60,732 nt of DNA, taken from NCBI GenBank assembly GCA_964535655.1, contig CAZHTP010000007.1:1-60732 (forward strand), given 5' to 3'. Origin of the DNA: an uncultured Gammaproteobacteria bacterium (GTDB lineage Bacteria > Patescibacteriota > Microgenomatia > JALYQM01). Below the pieces are notes generated by a model. It made no database searches. It was not told the origin of the DNA and was given only the letters and a program-made list of their open reading frames with translations. Positions within the stretch are counted from its first letter, which is position 1, and each line of letters starts with the position of its first letter. Position numbers and translations under genes: made by a program. Shown piece by piece: positions 19,178 to 29,192 of this stretch.

Positions 19178-21373
19178 ATGTCTCTTCGTAAAAAAGCTTT
19201 TATTTTTATCACAATAATAAGCCTACTGTTGATAGGCTCCGTATTCCTGATAACAAGAACCATAATTTTAAATAATTTTCAGGAGCTTGAAACAGAAAAT
19301 ACTCGCCAAAGCTTAGATAGGGTAAAAAGCGCGCTCGATGAAAAAATAACTGCGCTAGATACATTCACTCAGGATTATGCTGGCTGGGATGATACCTATG
19401 CTTTTATAAAAAATGGCAATCAGGAATACATCGATTCAAATCTCGTAGATGAAACATTTTCAGGTACAAAAATTGACGCCATGATTTTTATAGATAATTC
19501 TGGTCAAATTGTAATCAGCAAAATGTTTGACCAGGATTTGCAACAAGCATTGCCATTAACAAATGATTTTAAACAATACTTACAGCCAGGCTCCTTACTG
19601 TTAACGCATGAAAATACAAAAAGCATAAAATCGGGTTTTGTTTTATTAAAAAAATCGCCAATGTTTGTTGTATCCCGTCCAATAATTACAAGTGAAAAAA
19701 ACGGCCCAATTCTCGGTTCTTTAATAATGGGGAAATATATCAGTAAGACAGAAGTAGAAAATCTGCATCATACGACAAAGCTCGACTTAGAGATTATTGG
19801 AGCAGACACAGCGTATGAAACATTAGGGGAGCAAATTCAGCTTTCGACAAATAAAGAATACATTGTTGCAAATTCAAGTAAATTAATTTCAGGATACAAA
19901 GTTGTCAATGATATAAATGGTAAACCAGGACTTATAATTAAAGTTAATTTGCCTCGCACTATATATCAACAAGGTCAACAAGCAACTTTTTATCTCGTCG
20001 GATCACTTATTTGTATGAGCTTACTGGCTGGAGGAATATCTATTATTTACATAGATAAATTAGTGCTAATTCCTTTACGAAGACTAGTAAAAGATGTCAA
20101 TGCGATTCGTACCAATGCAGATTTCTCCCTTCAGGTCCATGAAGAAGGGGAAGGGGAATTAAGTTCGTTAGCTCGCGATATAAATAAAATGACCAATGCT
20201 CTCGCAAGCGGTGAGAAGGCGCTTCGTGTGGTAAATAAAGAGATAGCTTTCGAGAAAACAAATGTTGAAAAAATAGTTGAAGAACGAACCCAGGAGCTTA
20301 AAGCGGAGCAGGCACGATTTATTGCCTCTATTAACAGCGTATTCGAAGGATTCATTATGCTCGACATGCATAGTAAAGTAGTTATGACAAATCACGTTAT
20401 TTCTCATATCTTTGATACCGAGCATCAGGAATGGTCGTTTGAAAAAATCAAAACATACCTCCGGGATTCTTTTGACTTTGATCATGCATATAAACAATGT
20501 CTGTTAAAGAAAGAAAGTATTACCTATGACAACATCGCCTTTAAAGATAAAGTACTAAAACTCTTCTTTGCTCCGGTATTTCTTGCTCCTAAAACTGGAA
20601 GCCTAACGGGGACAGTAGTTCTTATTGAAGATATAACTGAAGCAAAAAAATTAGAAAGGTCTAAAGACGAGTTCTTTTCGATCGCATCTCATGAGCTTAG
20701 AACTCCATTAACCGCGATAAAAGGTAATACTCAAATGATGCAGAAGTATTTTGCTCAAAAAATAAGCGATCCCAATTTTACGGGAATGTTGAGCGATTTA
20801 TATGCATCGAGTGTGCGTTTGATTGAAATTGTTAATATATTTCTTACAACATCCCGTCTTGAACAGGGGAAAATTGAATTTAATATAGAGCCATTTAACA
20901 GCAATCAGTTTCTTGAAGAAATTGTAAACCGCATGCAGTCAACCGCTCAAAGCAAAGGGCTACATATTTCACTCCAACTAGCGGAGGTTCCCATTATCGT
21001 TAATGCTGATCGTAACCGTACTGAAGAAGTTATACTTAATCTACTAGGCAACGCGATCAACTACACGGAAAAAGGCACTATCACGGTCAGAAGTAAAATC
21101 GCAGAAAATATGGCTATGATTTCGGTAGAAGATACGGGACGAGGTATTGCAGAAAAAGATCAACCACTCTTGTTCAGAAAGTTTCAACAAATAAATGATA
21201 CATTATATACGCGGGATATCTCGCGCGGAACTGGTTTGGGATTATACATCTCCCGATTGATGATTGAAGCAATGAAAGGTAAAATTTATATTGAAAGGTC
21301 TGAAGTATATAAAGGATCAGTCTTTACATTTACACTTCCTTTAGATATCAGTCAAGCGGGAGAACATATATGA
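19178..21373 (+). CDS. Membrane sensor histidine kinase (CHASE4-like extracytoplasmic domain, HAMP, PAS, HisKA, HATPase_c)
   Basis: Two TM segments flank a domain with the DYAGWDDTYAFI block typical of CHASE4. H-box SIASHELRTPLTAI. GTGLGLYIS G-box. Confidence 0.85.
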   Translation: MSLRKKAFIFITIISLLLIGSVFLITRTIILNNFQELETENTRQSLDRVKSALDEKITALDTFTQDYAGWDDTYAFIKNGNQEYIDSNLVDETFSGTKIDAMIFIDNSGQIVISKMFDQDLQQALPLTNDFKQYLQPGSLLLTHENTKSIKSGFVLLKKSPMFVVSRPIITSEKNGPILGSLIMGKYISKTEVENLHHTTKLDLEIIGADTAYETLGEQIQLSTNKEYIVANSSKLISGYKVVNDINGKPGLIIKVNLPRTIYQQGQQATFYLVGSLICMSLLAGGISIIYIDKLVLIPLRRLVKDVNAIRTNADFSLQVHEEGEGELSSLARDINKMTNALASGEKALRVVNKEIAFEKTNVEKIVEERTQELKAEQARFIASINSVFEGFIMLDMHSKVVMTNHVISHIFDTEHQEWSFEKIKTYLRDSFDFDHAYKQCLLKKESITYDNIAFKDKVLKLFFAPVFLAPKTGSLTGTVVLIEDITEAKKLERSKDEFFSIASHELRTPLTAIKGNTQMMQKYFAQKISDPNFTGMLSDLYASSVRLIEIVNIFLTTSRLEQGKIEFNIEPFNSNQFLEEIVNRMQSTAQSKGLHISLQLAEVPIIVNADRNRTEEVILNLLGNAINYTEKGTITVRSKIAENMAMISVEDTGRGIAEKDQPLLFRKFQQINDTLYTRDISRGTGLGLYISRLMIEAMKGKIYIERSEVYKGSVFTFTLPLDISQAGEHI

Positions 21374-21738
21374 AAAAAATCATTCTTATTATCGAAGATG
21401 AAGAATTAATGGTGCGTATGTACACAAAACTCTTTTCTTTCGAAGGATATACAGTAGCCAGTTCTACTGATGGGGAACATGGCTTAAAAAAAGCTAAAGA
21501 CGAAAAGCCTGACCTTATAGTACTGGATATTATGATGCCTAAAATGAATGGTCTTGAGGTGCTCGAAGCGTTAAAGAGCAACCCAGAAACCAGTGATATC
21601 CCCGTAGTCATTTTAACTAACTTAGGAAATGACGAAACTCTGAAAGAATCACTGCAACTAGGCGCAGCAGGATATCTTGTTAAGTCGCAAGTAACTAACG
21701 AAACATTAATTGAAGAAATAAAACAGTATATTAAATAA
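21370..21738 (+). CDS. Single-domain response regulator (CheY-like receiver)
   Basis: KKIILIIEDEE, phospho-acceptor context LIVLDIMMPKMNG, conserved K in YLVKS. The ATGA overlap with the kinase gene indicates translational coupling. Confidence 0.9.
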   Translation: MKKIILIIEDEELMVRMYTKLFSFEGYTVASSTDGEHGLKKAKDEKPDLIVLDIMMPKMNGLEVLEALKSNPETSDIPVVILTNLGNDETLKESLQLGAAGYLVKSQVTNETLIEEIKQYIK

Positions 21739-23209
21739 CATCACTCATCATTCGGGTAGTGTTTTCTATAATTTTAGTTAGAAATGGGCGCTTTTCCCAA
21801 GTTAATATATCCAGCTCTCGCGAACGCACAAAATAATCGTCTTCAATTAAACGAAGTTGACTAACAACTTTTTGATCATAAAATAATATCGACACTTCCA
21901 GATCAAGATAAAAAGATCGCATATCCATGTTACTTGAACCAATAACCGCAATATCGTCATCGATACTCACGGTTTTTGCATGGAGAAGAATTGGCTCGTT
22001 AAATAAGTGAATATGTACTCCTGCCTCAAGTAATTCATCATAATATGAGCGCTGAGCATGAGTCACAATAAATTGATCACCAATTCCTGAAACAATCAAA
22101 CGTACATCAACCCCTCGGTGGGCCGCTATACTAAGTGAATCCAATAGAGACTGATCTGGAACAAAATACGGGGTGACGATAACCATTTTTTTCATTGCTT
22201 GATTCATTAAAGAAATGAAAAGGAGTTTGTTATTTTCAGTATCCTGACCAGGGCCACTTGGCAAAACTTGAGCAATAACATCTCCGCTCAGAATAGGCTT
22301 TAATGAGACTTCCGGATACGCAGCTTCGCTATACGAAACACCAGTCTCAGAATACCAATCAGCCATAAAGACCGAAAGTAACTCCAATACTACTGGTCCC
22401 TGAATTCTAACTACAAGTTCTTCGTATTTAAGACCTCGATAAGAGACATGACGATGTTTTGTATATGTGTCATTAATAAGATTCTGTGAACCTGTATAAC
22501 CAACGTGCCCATCAATTACGACTATTTTACGATGATTTCGTAGATCTATGCGGGACCATTCGTTATCAAATATATCAACAGGTAGCATTCGATGAGCTTC
22601 CACTCCCAAGTCCCTTAATCTTTTCAGAACCTCCTTTATCTCAAAAAGAGTTCCGATATGGTCGATAAGCACACGACAGCAAACTCCTCTTTTTACTGCA
22701 CGCCCGAGTGCTTCAATAACTTTTGTACCAGTCTCATCAATTGAAAAAATGTAATATTCGACATGAATATATTTTTCTGCAAGATCTATATCTGAAACAA
22801 TACGATCAATTGCAGCATAGTAGTGAGGTAAAAGTTCAAAATTGTTACCACCACACACGGGTAATCCACCAAGTTTCTCATTTAGGATAGCAACTGCGGT
22901 ATATCTTTGACTTAAAACAGGAGAAAGTATCGAAGAAAAGGAAGACTGTGAGTGCAAATATTTAATATCATCTCCTATTGATTGATCGAATATTTTTTGT
23001 TGTAATCGACGCTTACTGGATAGTTTAGGCGAGCCAATCAATAGATATAAAATAAGACCACCTACTGGGAAAACGAGAATCAACATTAACCAGGCGTATG
23101 CCGCAGAAGCCGAACGTCGATACGGTACAATAACAAACATTGCGATACGAATAATCCATCCTAATAAAAAATAAAGAAATCCGAGATTAAGGATTGATGA
23201 AAAAATCAT
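21731..23209 (-). CDS. cls: Cardiolipin synthase (two PLD/HKD motifs)
   Basis: HRKIVVIDGHVGYTGSQN and HAKTVSIDDDIAVIGSSN. Two N-terminal TM helices. Confidence 0.9.
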   Translation of the reverse strand: MIFSSILNLGFLYFLLGWIIRIAMFVIVPYRRSASAAYAWLMLILVFPVGGLILYLLIGSPKLSSKRRLQQKIFDQSIGDDIKYLHSQSSFSSILSPVLSQRYTAVAILNEKLGGLPVCGGNNFELLPHYYAAIDRIVSDIDLAEKYIHVEYYIFSIDETGTKVIEALGRAVKRGVCCRVLIDHIGTLFEIKEVLKRLRDLGVEAHRMLPVDIFDNEWSRIDLRNHRKIVVIDGHVGYTGSQNLINDTYTKHRHVSYRGLKYEELVVRIQGPVVLELLSVFMADWYSETGVSYSEAAYPEVSLKPILSGDVIAQVLPSGPGQDTENNKLLFISLMNQAMKKMVIVTPYFVPDQSLLDSLSIAAHRGVDVRLIVSGIGDQFIVTHAQRSYYDELLEAGVHIHLFNEPILLHAKTVSIDDDIAVIGSSNMDMRSFYLDLEVSILFYDQKVVSQLRLIEDDYFVRSRELDILTWEKRPFLTKIIENTTRMMSDVI

Positions 23210-24528
23210 AGTGAAAACTCTTCGATATGGATTCTATCAGGAAGAACTCCTTCCTGTATGAGTGCAGATGAGACGAGTTTCATCATAATCGGCGGACCGC
23301 AAATAAATATATCTCGCTCCAGAAAATCAGGTACCGCTTGTTGTATAAGAGGTACTGAAACAAAGCCTTTCAATCCAGGGTAATTAGGATCGCCACTTAT
23401 AACATAAAAAAGCGGAACAGCGTTTTCCTTAGAAAGCTTCTCTAGTTCAGTTCTTAGTATGATATCAGCAACAGTTTTATTTGCCAAAATAAGAGCCAAG
23501 TCATACGATTTGCCAGCAGCTTCTAACATCGCTCTTAAAGGGGTGAGGCCTACTCCACCTGCAATAAAGAGTAATTTTTTGTTATCTGCCTGGTTTAGAG
23601 TAAATTCTCCATGTGGCATATCAAGCAATACAGGCGTATTTATAGGTACTAGGGGGACTTTTTTAGTGTAATCACCCGATGCTTTTATGGTAAAACGGAT
23701 ATACTCACCGTTAGGAGCACAGGAAATAGAAAATGGATGTACATCCCACCAGAGTCCTTTACCAAGAAGGTGAAGAAATGAGAATTGGCCTGCCTCATAC
23801 TGGATACTCTCCATATTTTTACCTTTTATATAGAGCGAAACCGTATCAGGTGTTTCTTTAACGACATCAGCAATATAAAAGCGATGTTTGTAATACATAT
23901 ACCCAACACGAATAATTTTGTAATAAAGTGTTGCCCCAAACACTACGATATAGAGTAAATACCAAAAGATAGAAAAGATCGGATTTGCAATTAAATCTTC
24001 ACCATTACTTAACTGATGGCCAAACGCTAAAATTATAGCAATATAGGTTAATAAATGAATAAAATACCACCAGTGGTAAGGCATTTTTTTTCGAACTATA
24101 TAAATAGAAGTACCTATCACGATTAAGAATGCCATAAGACCAAGAAAAGCCGTAAGCACATCATCATAGTGAAACAAAAAGATTAAAAATTGATCTACGA
24201 TAGACTTCTTTGCGGTAAACGAATAACCTAACGTAAGTAACAGCGGGTGAAGAAATAATAAAGAAATTGCAAGGTACCCGTTCTTTTTGTGCAAGCGATC
24301 AATTTGCATAAATCCTATAATTTTTTCGATCGGCTGGATACGAGCTCGAAGTAAGAATTGGAGGAGAATAAAATAGGTACCTAATAATCCACAAACTCGG
24401 CCCATTGAAGTCAAAATTGTGCCAATATGAGCGTTCAAAGCAAAGTCAGAATTACTCCACCAAAAATACAAGATTACCAAAATGGGCGACAAACACACGA
24501 GGTAAATAAGAATCCTAAGGTTTTTCAT
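23206..24528 (-). CDS. NOX/ferric-reductase-family flavocytochrome (6-TM bis-heme domain + FAD/NAD(P)H dehydrogenase domain)
   Basis: His pairs H80-x13-H94 and H158-x12-H171 in TM helices, HPFS FAD motif, GGVGLTP nucleotide motif, C-terminal CGPP. Confidence 0.85.
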   Translation of the reverse strand: MKNLRILIYLVCLSPILVILYFWWSNSDFALNAHIGTILTSMGRVCGLLGTYFILLQFLLRARIQPIEKIIGFMQIDRLHKKNGYLAISLLFLHPLLLTLGYSFTAKKSIVDQFLIFLFHYDDVLTAFLGLMAFLIVIGTSIYIVRKKMPYHWWYFIHLLTYIAIILAFGHQLSNGEDLIANPIFSIFWYLLYIVVFGATLYYKIIRVGYMYYKHRFYIADVVKETPDTVSLYIKGKNMESIQYEAGQFSFLHLLGKGLWWDVHPFSISCAPNGEYIRFTIKASGDYTKKVPLVPINTPVLLDMPHGEFTLNQADNKKLLFIAGGVGLTPLRAMLEAAGKSYDLALILANKTVADIILRTELEKLSKENAVPLFYVISGDPNYPGLKGFVSVPLIQQAVPDFLERDIFICGPPIMMKLVSSALIQEGVLPDRIHIEEFSL

Positions 24529-24529
24529 G

Positions 24530-25213
24530 TTAATTTAGAACAACTCTAATCCTCGACTGAGAGAGTATGACATCTCTATTCGCAGTAGATTTAGTTTGCA
24601 CTTTATATACCCTAGTTCCCGCTAACGCAATCGGCTGAGAGATAAGGAAGGTTGCACCCGAATTGGTTGTACTCACATCAGATCCTTCAACCGGCTTAGC
24701 GTCACTTGCGTTATAGAGGCGAGCATAAGCTATACCCTCAGTAGAAGGGATACTCAATGTAACTTCAAAATAAATCGATTTAATCGAACCAAATTGTGCC
24801 GTATTAATCGACGCTTCCGCACCCGTTATATCACTCCAATCTATCCCAGAAGATTGCCCTTTCCCAAATGAAACAAATAGTTCGCGTGTTGGCTGTGCCA
24901 TGGCACTCATACTCGGCACTAACGTTTTTATTGGCTTAAGCGTTGAGGGGGGCAAAGAAAGAGTAATTGACGCGGTAGCCTCAGAGACAATTTTTCGAAC
25001 ACACTTCTCATCGCATGAAGATAGCGTGTTTGCACTGATAGTTGCCATTGGCGAAGCAGATACCACCACACTAACTTTTTGTTTATCCACTAAAGCATTT
25101 TTGTATAAAACATAATTAACTGCGGCGAGATTAATAAAAAAAGCAATCATGAGAATTGATACAAAAGGCTTAAATAGTGAAGATTTTGGCGTACTTGGCT
25201 GTATTGTTTCCAT
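24530..25213 (-). CDS. Membrane-anchored secreted hypothetical protein
   Basis: Single N-terminal TM segment (FVSILMIAFFINLAAVNYVLY) followed by a beta-rich domain. Its stop lies 1 nt from the NOX start. No family recognised. Confidence 0.6.
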   Translation of the reverse strand: METIQPSTPKSSLFKPFVSILMIAFFINLAAVNYVLYKNALVDKQKVSVVVSASPMATISANTLSSCDEKCVRKIVSEATASITLSLPPSTLKPIKTLVPSMSAMAQPTRELFVSFGKGQSSGIDWSDITGAEASINTAQFGSIKSIYFEVTLSIPSTEGIAYARLYNASDAKPVEGSDVSTTNSGATFLISQPIALAGTRVYKVQTKSTANRDVILSQSRIRVVLN

Positions 25214-25233
25214 GCACCTAGTATAGCACGCAA

Positions 25234-26568
25234 CTATCTATTATTATATCTATCCGATAACGCGTCCCACATAAAGGTTGGAGTTCCAGGAAAATCAGCT
25301 CGTGGATGATCAGTATTGCCAAAAGAATGTATAATTTGAGCATTCTCATCTGTTAAAAGCCCAGTTCCAGCTGCTACCCAGTAATAATCCGAATTTGGTT
25401 GCCTACCAACGCCCTGAATAGGTGAATGTCCAATCATAAAAGGAGCCGGCCCCGTTACATGGTTATTTGCAATCGATACGAATGGAGATCCATCCACGCT
25501 GATTTTTATCTGTGTTGTCGACCAAGTTACAATCAAGGTCTTAAAGTCTCCCGCTGCAAATATTTGCTTAGCAGAGTTAACCGTTCCACCATGTGTTCGC
25601 TCAAAATGGAATGTATCCGTAGCAATGTCATAATAAATAAAATGACTTTGAGCATCAGATTCACTCATATCAAAGATATTGGGGTCCGGAGCAAGTGTAG
25701 TAGTAGAAGGGAATCCCATCCTAATTCTAGTGGCAATCCAACCTTGTGAAGTGTTAATTACATTTTCTGGAACCTTTATTGAAGTATTTCGGGAACGAGA
25801 ACTATTAGCGCTAGAATCCGTAGTATAAATAACACCACTGGTTACTAAGCTAGCACCTCCACTCAAAGAAGGATTAGGAGTAGGACTAGGACTATTCGTA
25901 ACATTAGGTGAGGCAGTAGCGGTCGCATTTGAACTAGGCCGAATTCCAACTATATACATTGAATACGCAGGGCGCGACTGAACAGTATCTGATGCCGCGC
26001 CAAAATTAATTTGACCCGAGATATTCGCCGAATTTGATTTCCAGATATCATACAGCCCAATCAATCCATTTTCATTACTTTTTCTCAACATAAACTTAGT
26101 CAGATCAGAATAACCATCGGGTGTAATTCGCGAATAATTGGCTGCCCACGAAGGAGCTATCGGAGTAACACCGGGTATCCTTCTAAAAAACAAATACAAT
26201 TGCGATGGTCGATTCAACTGCATCGACCATGTTAATCCAGGTAAATCTTTAATAGCACTATTCGGAGTCTTTACGTACGGTAAGGAAGCATAGGATGGAG
26301 TAAGTTGGAAAAAAGAGAAACGAGCATCCCCTTCATATTGTTGCAAGTTATTTTGCGTACAACTAAACGTAAAAGAGTAGCCAGTGGGGCTTGAAATACT
26401 TCCTAGCCCTAAAATACCACAAGTATCGCTTTGTGCAAGACTAGCATCCGCTTGAGATACTCTATTTTGTGTTTGGACACGCAATGAAAGCAAAAAGAAA
26501 TAAAGAAGCGTTAGAACAACAAAAGTACAGAGTATTATTTTATAGTGTACTACTGTAAAGCGACTCAT
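25234..26568 (-). CDS. Secreted protein: novel N-terminal module + Pro/Thr/Ser linker + LamG/concanavalin-like C-terminal domain
   Basis: Signal/TM segment. The N-terminal module is paralogous to that of the GH88 protein at 58845. Linker ATATASPNVTNSPSPTPNPS. The LamG-like call for the C-terminal domain is by general resemblance only. ATG at 26568 is preferred over the upstream TTG at 26586. Confidence 0.6.
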   Translation of the reverse strand: MSRFTVVHYKIILCTFVVLTLLYFFLLSLRVQTQNRVSQADASLAQSDTCGILGLGSISSPTGYSFTFSCTQNNLQQYEGDARFSFFQLTPSYASLPYVKTPNSAIKDLPGLTWSMQLNRPSQLYLFFRRIPGVTPIAPSWAANYSRITPDGYSDLTKFMLRKSNENGLIGLYDIWKSNSANISGQINFGAASDTVQSRPAYSMYIVGIRPSSNATATASPNVTNSPSPTPNPSLSGGASLVTSGVIYTTDSSANSSRSRNTSIKVPENVINTSQGWIATRIRMGFPSTTTLAPDPNIFDMSESDAQSHFIYYDIATDTFHFERTHGGTVNSAKQIFAAGDFKTLIVTWSTTQIKISVDGSPFVSIANNHVTGPAPFMIGHSPIQGVGRQPNSDYYWVAAGTGLLTDENAQIIHSFGNTDHPRADFPGTPTFMWDALSDRYNNR

Positions 26569-26586
26569 GATACTACAATAGAACAA

Positions 26587-26883
26587 TTAGAACAGTGATG
26601 ACAATATGCGCTCAGTCGCTTCAGGATTTGTTGTATAAATATACAGTTGCTGTTTTGAATTGCTACCTCTCACCTCAGCGCGAAGTCCGCCAGTAATAGG
26701 AATTAATTTAATACGATGAATACCTGTTGGCAGACCGGCAGTAATAACTCCTAAAGAAATCTTAGTTACTTCTGAAAGCCCTTCGGCTGTTTTAACAACA
26801 ATTAGAGCCGCGTCTATCACCGTAGTGTGAGAACGATTCACTTTTCCACCAGCTACATGTTTTGACATATGGTATTTTACCAT
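26587..26883 (-). CDS. Small hypothetical protein (about 98 aa), first gene of the minus-strand operon
   Basis: The ORF was trimmed to M60 because its upstream part overlaps the copA promoter and start. No SD was seen and no family was recognised. Confidence 0.4.
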   Translation of the reverse strand: MVKYHMSKHVAGGKVNRSHTTVIDAALIVVKTAEGLSEVTKISLGVITAGLPTGIHRIKLIPITGGLRAEVRGSNSKQQLYIYTTNPEATERILSSLF

Positions 26884-26884
26884 G

Positions 26885-26913
26885 TTGACTGTAGATAAAA
26901 TGCAAAGTAATAT
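26885..26913 (+). promoter_or_regulatory. Sigma-70-type promoter of the copper operon (TTGACT-17 nt-TAATAT)
   Basis: Hexamers and the 17-nt spacer read directly. It lies 41 nt upstream of the copA ATG. Confidence 0.6.
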
Positions 26914-26919
26914 ATCTGT

Positions 26920-26936
26920 ATCCCCTGGAGGGGGAT
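26920..26936. promoter_or_regulatory. CsoR-type operator (ATCCCC-N5-GGGGAT inverted repeat)
   Basis: G/C-tract inverted repeat immediately downstream of the -10 box. csoR is encoded in the same operon. Known CsoR operators are C-tract/G-tract pseudo-palindromes. Confidence 0.6.
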
Positions 26937-26953
26937 GGCATTGAAGGGCAAAT

Positions 26954-29182
26954 ATGAACACAAAGATTGTACCTATTATTGGAATGCATTGCGCATCTTG
27001 CGCCGTAAATATTGAAAGAAAATTAAAAAAACTTCCTGGCATGCAGTCAGTGTCAGTCAATTATGCCTCAGAAAATGCTCTTATTGAATACAATCCGGTT
27101 GAATGTTCACCAGAAATAATTAGAGATGCAATAAAGTCACTTGGCTATACCGCTATCTTTGAATCTAAAACTAACAAAGTACACACCAATGAAGACAAGG
27201 CTCGATTGCGACAGCTACAACTATTGAAGAAAAAACTTATTGCGAGTATAGCCTTAACAATTCCCATAATCATCGGTAGTTTCCCATCTATTTTTTGGTT
27301 CTCACCCAAATTCCTACAAGTACCAACATCACTACTTGCACTTGCGTTCCCAATTCAATTCATTATCGGCTGGCAATTTTACCGAAGCACCTATGGATCA
27401 ATAAAAAACCACACGGCGAATATGGATACGCTAATAGCATTTGGTACTACATCAGCGTTTCTCTTTTCTGCTGTAATGATTTTTTTCCCTACATTTATGA
27501 TGGAATTAGGAGTAGAAGGACACTATTTTGATGTTTCAGCATTAGTGATAACTCTCGTGCTACTGGGAGATTATTTTCAAGCCAATGCCAAGAAGCAAAC
27601 CGGCGCAGCAATCAAAAAACTCTTAAATCTTCAAGCAAAAACAGCACGAGTTACGCGCGAAGGTATTGAAAAAGATATTCCAATTGAAAAGGTTCAAGTT
27701 AACGATCAAATTATAGTTAGAGCAGGGGAAAAGATTCCTGTTGATGGGATAATAATCGAAGGCAGTTCATATGTAGATGAATCGATGGTAACTGGGGAAT
27801 CTGTGCCAGTTAGCAAAAAAAGTGGAGATTCCGTTATAGGCGGAACAATTAATAAAAATAACTCATTTACATTTACCGCAACTAAAGTAGGTAGTCAAAC
27901 ACTGTTATCGCAAATAATAAAACTAGTTGAAAAAGCACAATCTTCCAAAGCCCCAGTGCAGAAACTAGCCGACAAAATATCCGCTGTATTTGTGCCGGTA
28001 GTAATTATTATCGCGGCGCTAACATTTCTGGCATGGTACCTATTTGGTCCAGAACCACGGATCAATTATGCGTTACTAAGCGCAGTAGGTGTTCTCGTTA
28101 TTGCCTGTCCTTGTGCACTAGGGCTTGCTACTCCAACTTCGATCATGGTCGGAACAGGTAAAGGAGCACAAAATGGAATTTTAATCAAAAATGCTGAAAA
28201 ACTCGAGATAGCACATCGTATAAACACTGTTGTTTTTGATAAAACGGGAACCATAACCAAAGGAAAGCCTGAAGTCACCGACATAGAAATTATTTCAGAA
28301 AAATTTTCAAGAGATGAAATTTTACGATACGCTGCCTCACTCGAAAACACTTCAACACACCCGCTTGCCGATGCAATTGTTAAATACGCTCAAAGTATCA
28401 GTATTTCTCTAGTTAAAGTAATCAATAGTAATTCAATAACTGGTAAAGGGCTTGAAGGTGAGATCGATGGAAATCAAATAAAAATTGGACAAAAGTTACT
28501 TGAAGAGGAAGGTACTGATCTCAGTAAAGTTGAAAAAACGATTGAAGATCTTCAAGTGCAGGCAAAAACAGTAATTCCAATTAGTATTAACAGTGAAGTT
28601 GTCGCAATTATTGCGATCGCGGATCCAATAAAAGAAACTGCATTCAGTACAATCCAGGAACTCAACAAAATGAATATTGAAACTATTATGATCACGGGTG
28701 ATAACACAAAAACTGCCCAGGCAATAGCAAAAAAAGCCGGAATACAAACATATCTGGCTAATGTTCTTCCACAAGATAAAGAACACGAGGTTCGCAAATT
28801 GCAGGCAAACGGAAAAATTGTTGCTATGGTAGGTGATGGCATAAATGACGCCCCCGCAATAGCTGCTTCTGATGTTGGAATTGCTATGGGCAGTGGTACC
28901 GATGTAGCGATAGAATCATCAGACATTACCCTTTTAGGAGGAGATTTAAAAAAATTGCCACAAGCAATACGCCTTTCCCGGAAAACGATGGCTAACATTA
29001 TGCAGAATCTTTTTTGGGCATTTGGATATAATATAATCCTTATTCCGGTTGCAGTAGGTGTCTTATATCCAATTTGGGGCATCACTCTAAATCCTGTGTT
29101 TGCATCGGTTGCAATGGCTTTAAGCTCAATAAGTGTAGTATTAAATGCCTTACGGCTGAATCTGGTAAATATTAAGAAGTAG
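26954..29182 (+). CDS. copA: Copper-translocating P1B-type ATPase
   Basis: N-terminal HMA domain GMHCASC, TM CPC motif ([12 protein letters not shown]), [15 protein letters not shown]. Confidence 0.95.
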   Translation: MNTKIVPIIGMHCASCAVNIERKLKKLPGMQSVSVNYASENALIEYNPVECSPEIIRDAIKSLGYTAIFESKTNKVHTNEDKARLRQLQLLKKKLIASIALTIPIIIGSFPSIFWFSPKFLQVPTSLLALAFPIQFIIGWQFYRSTYGSIKNHTANMDTLIAFGTTSAFLFSAVMIFFPTFMMELGVEGHYFDVSALVITLVLLGDYFQANAKKQTGAAIKKLLNLQAKTARVTREGIEKDIPIEKVQVNDQIIVRAGEKIPVDGIIIEGSSYVDESMVTGESVPVSKKSGDSVIGGTINKNNSFTFTATKVGSQTLLSQIIKLVEKAQSSKAPVQKLADKISAVFVPVVIIIAALTFLAWYLFGPEPRINYALLSAVGVLVIACPCALGLATPTSIMVGTGKGAQNGILIKNAEKLEIAHRINTVVFDKTGTITKGKPEVTDIEIISEKFSRDEILRYAASLENTSTHPLADAIVKYAQSISISLVKVINSNSITGKGLEGEIDGNQIKIGQKLLEEEGTDLSKVEKTIEDLQVQAKTVIPISINSEVVAIIAIADPIKETAFSTIQELNKMNIETIMITGDNTKTAQAIAKKAGIQTYLANVLPQDKEHEVRKLQANGKIVAMVGDGINDAPAIAASDVGIAMGSGTDVAIESSDITLLGGDLKKLPQAIRLSRKTMANIMQNLFWAFGYNIILIPVAVGVLYPIWGITLNPVFASVAMALSSISVVLNALRLNLVNIKK

Positions 29183-29192
29183 GAGCGATTTT

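Noticed and set aside
21370-21373. Alternative genetic code (TGA recoding, as in some candidate phyla)
   Set aside because: TGA terminates well-conserved proteins at their expected ends, such as the kinase at 21373, the NUDIX gene at 37773 and the ATGA-coupled junctions. The standard code 11 fits everywhere.
26884-27060. Upstream part of the 157-aa minus ORF overlapping the copA start
   Set aside because: It overlaps the copA promoter, operator and first 35 codons. The Cys/Pro-rich translation looks non-coding, so the ORF was trimmed to 26883.
28552-29085. Long antisense ORFs inside copA (28552-29085), the helicase (39299-39718), ligD (32581-32970), ileS (51850-52251), glgP (6761-7234) and similar
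   Set aside because: All lie fully inside well-supported genes on the opposite strand. They are shadow ORFs.
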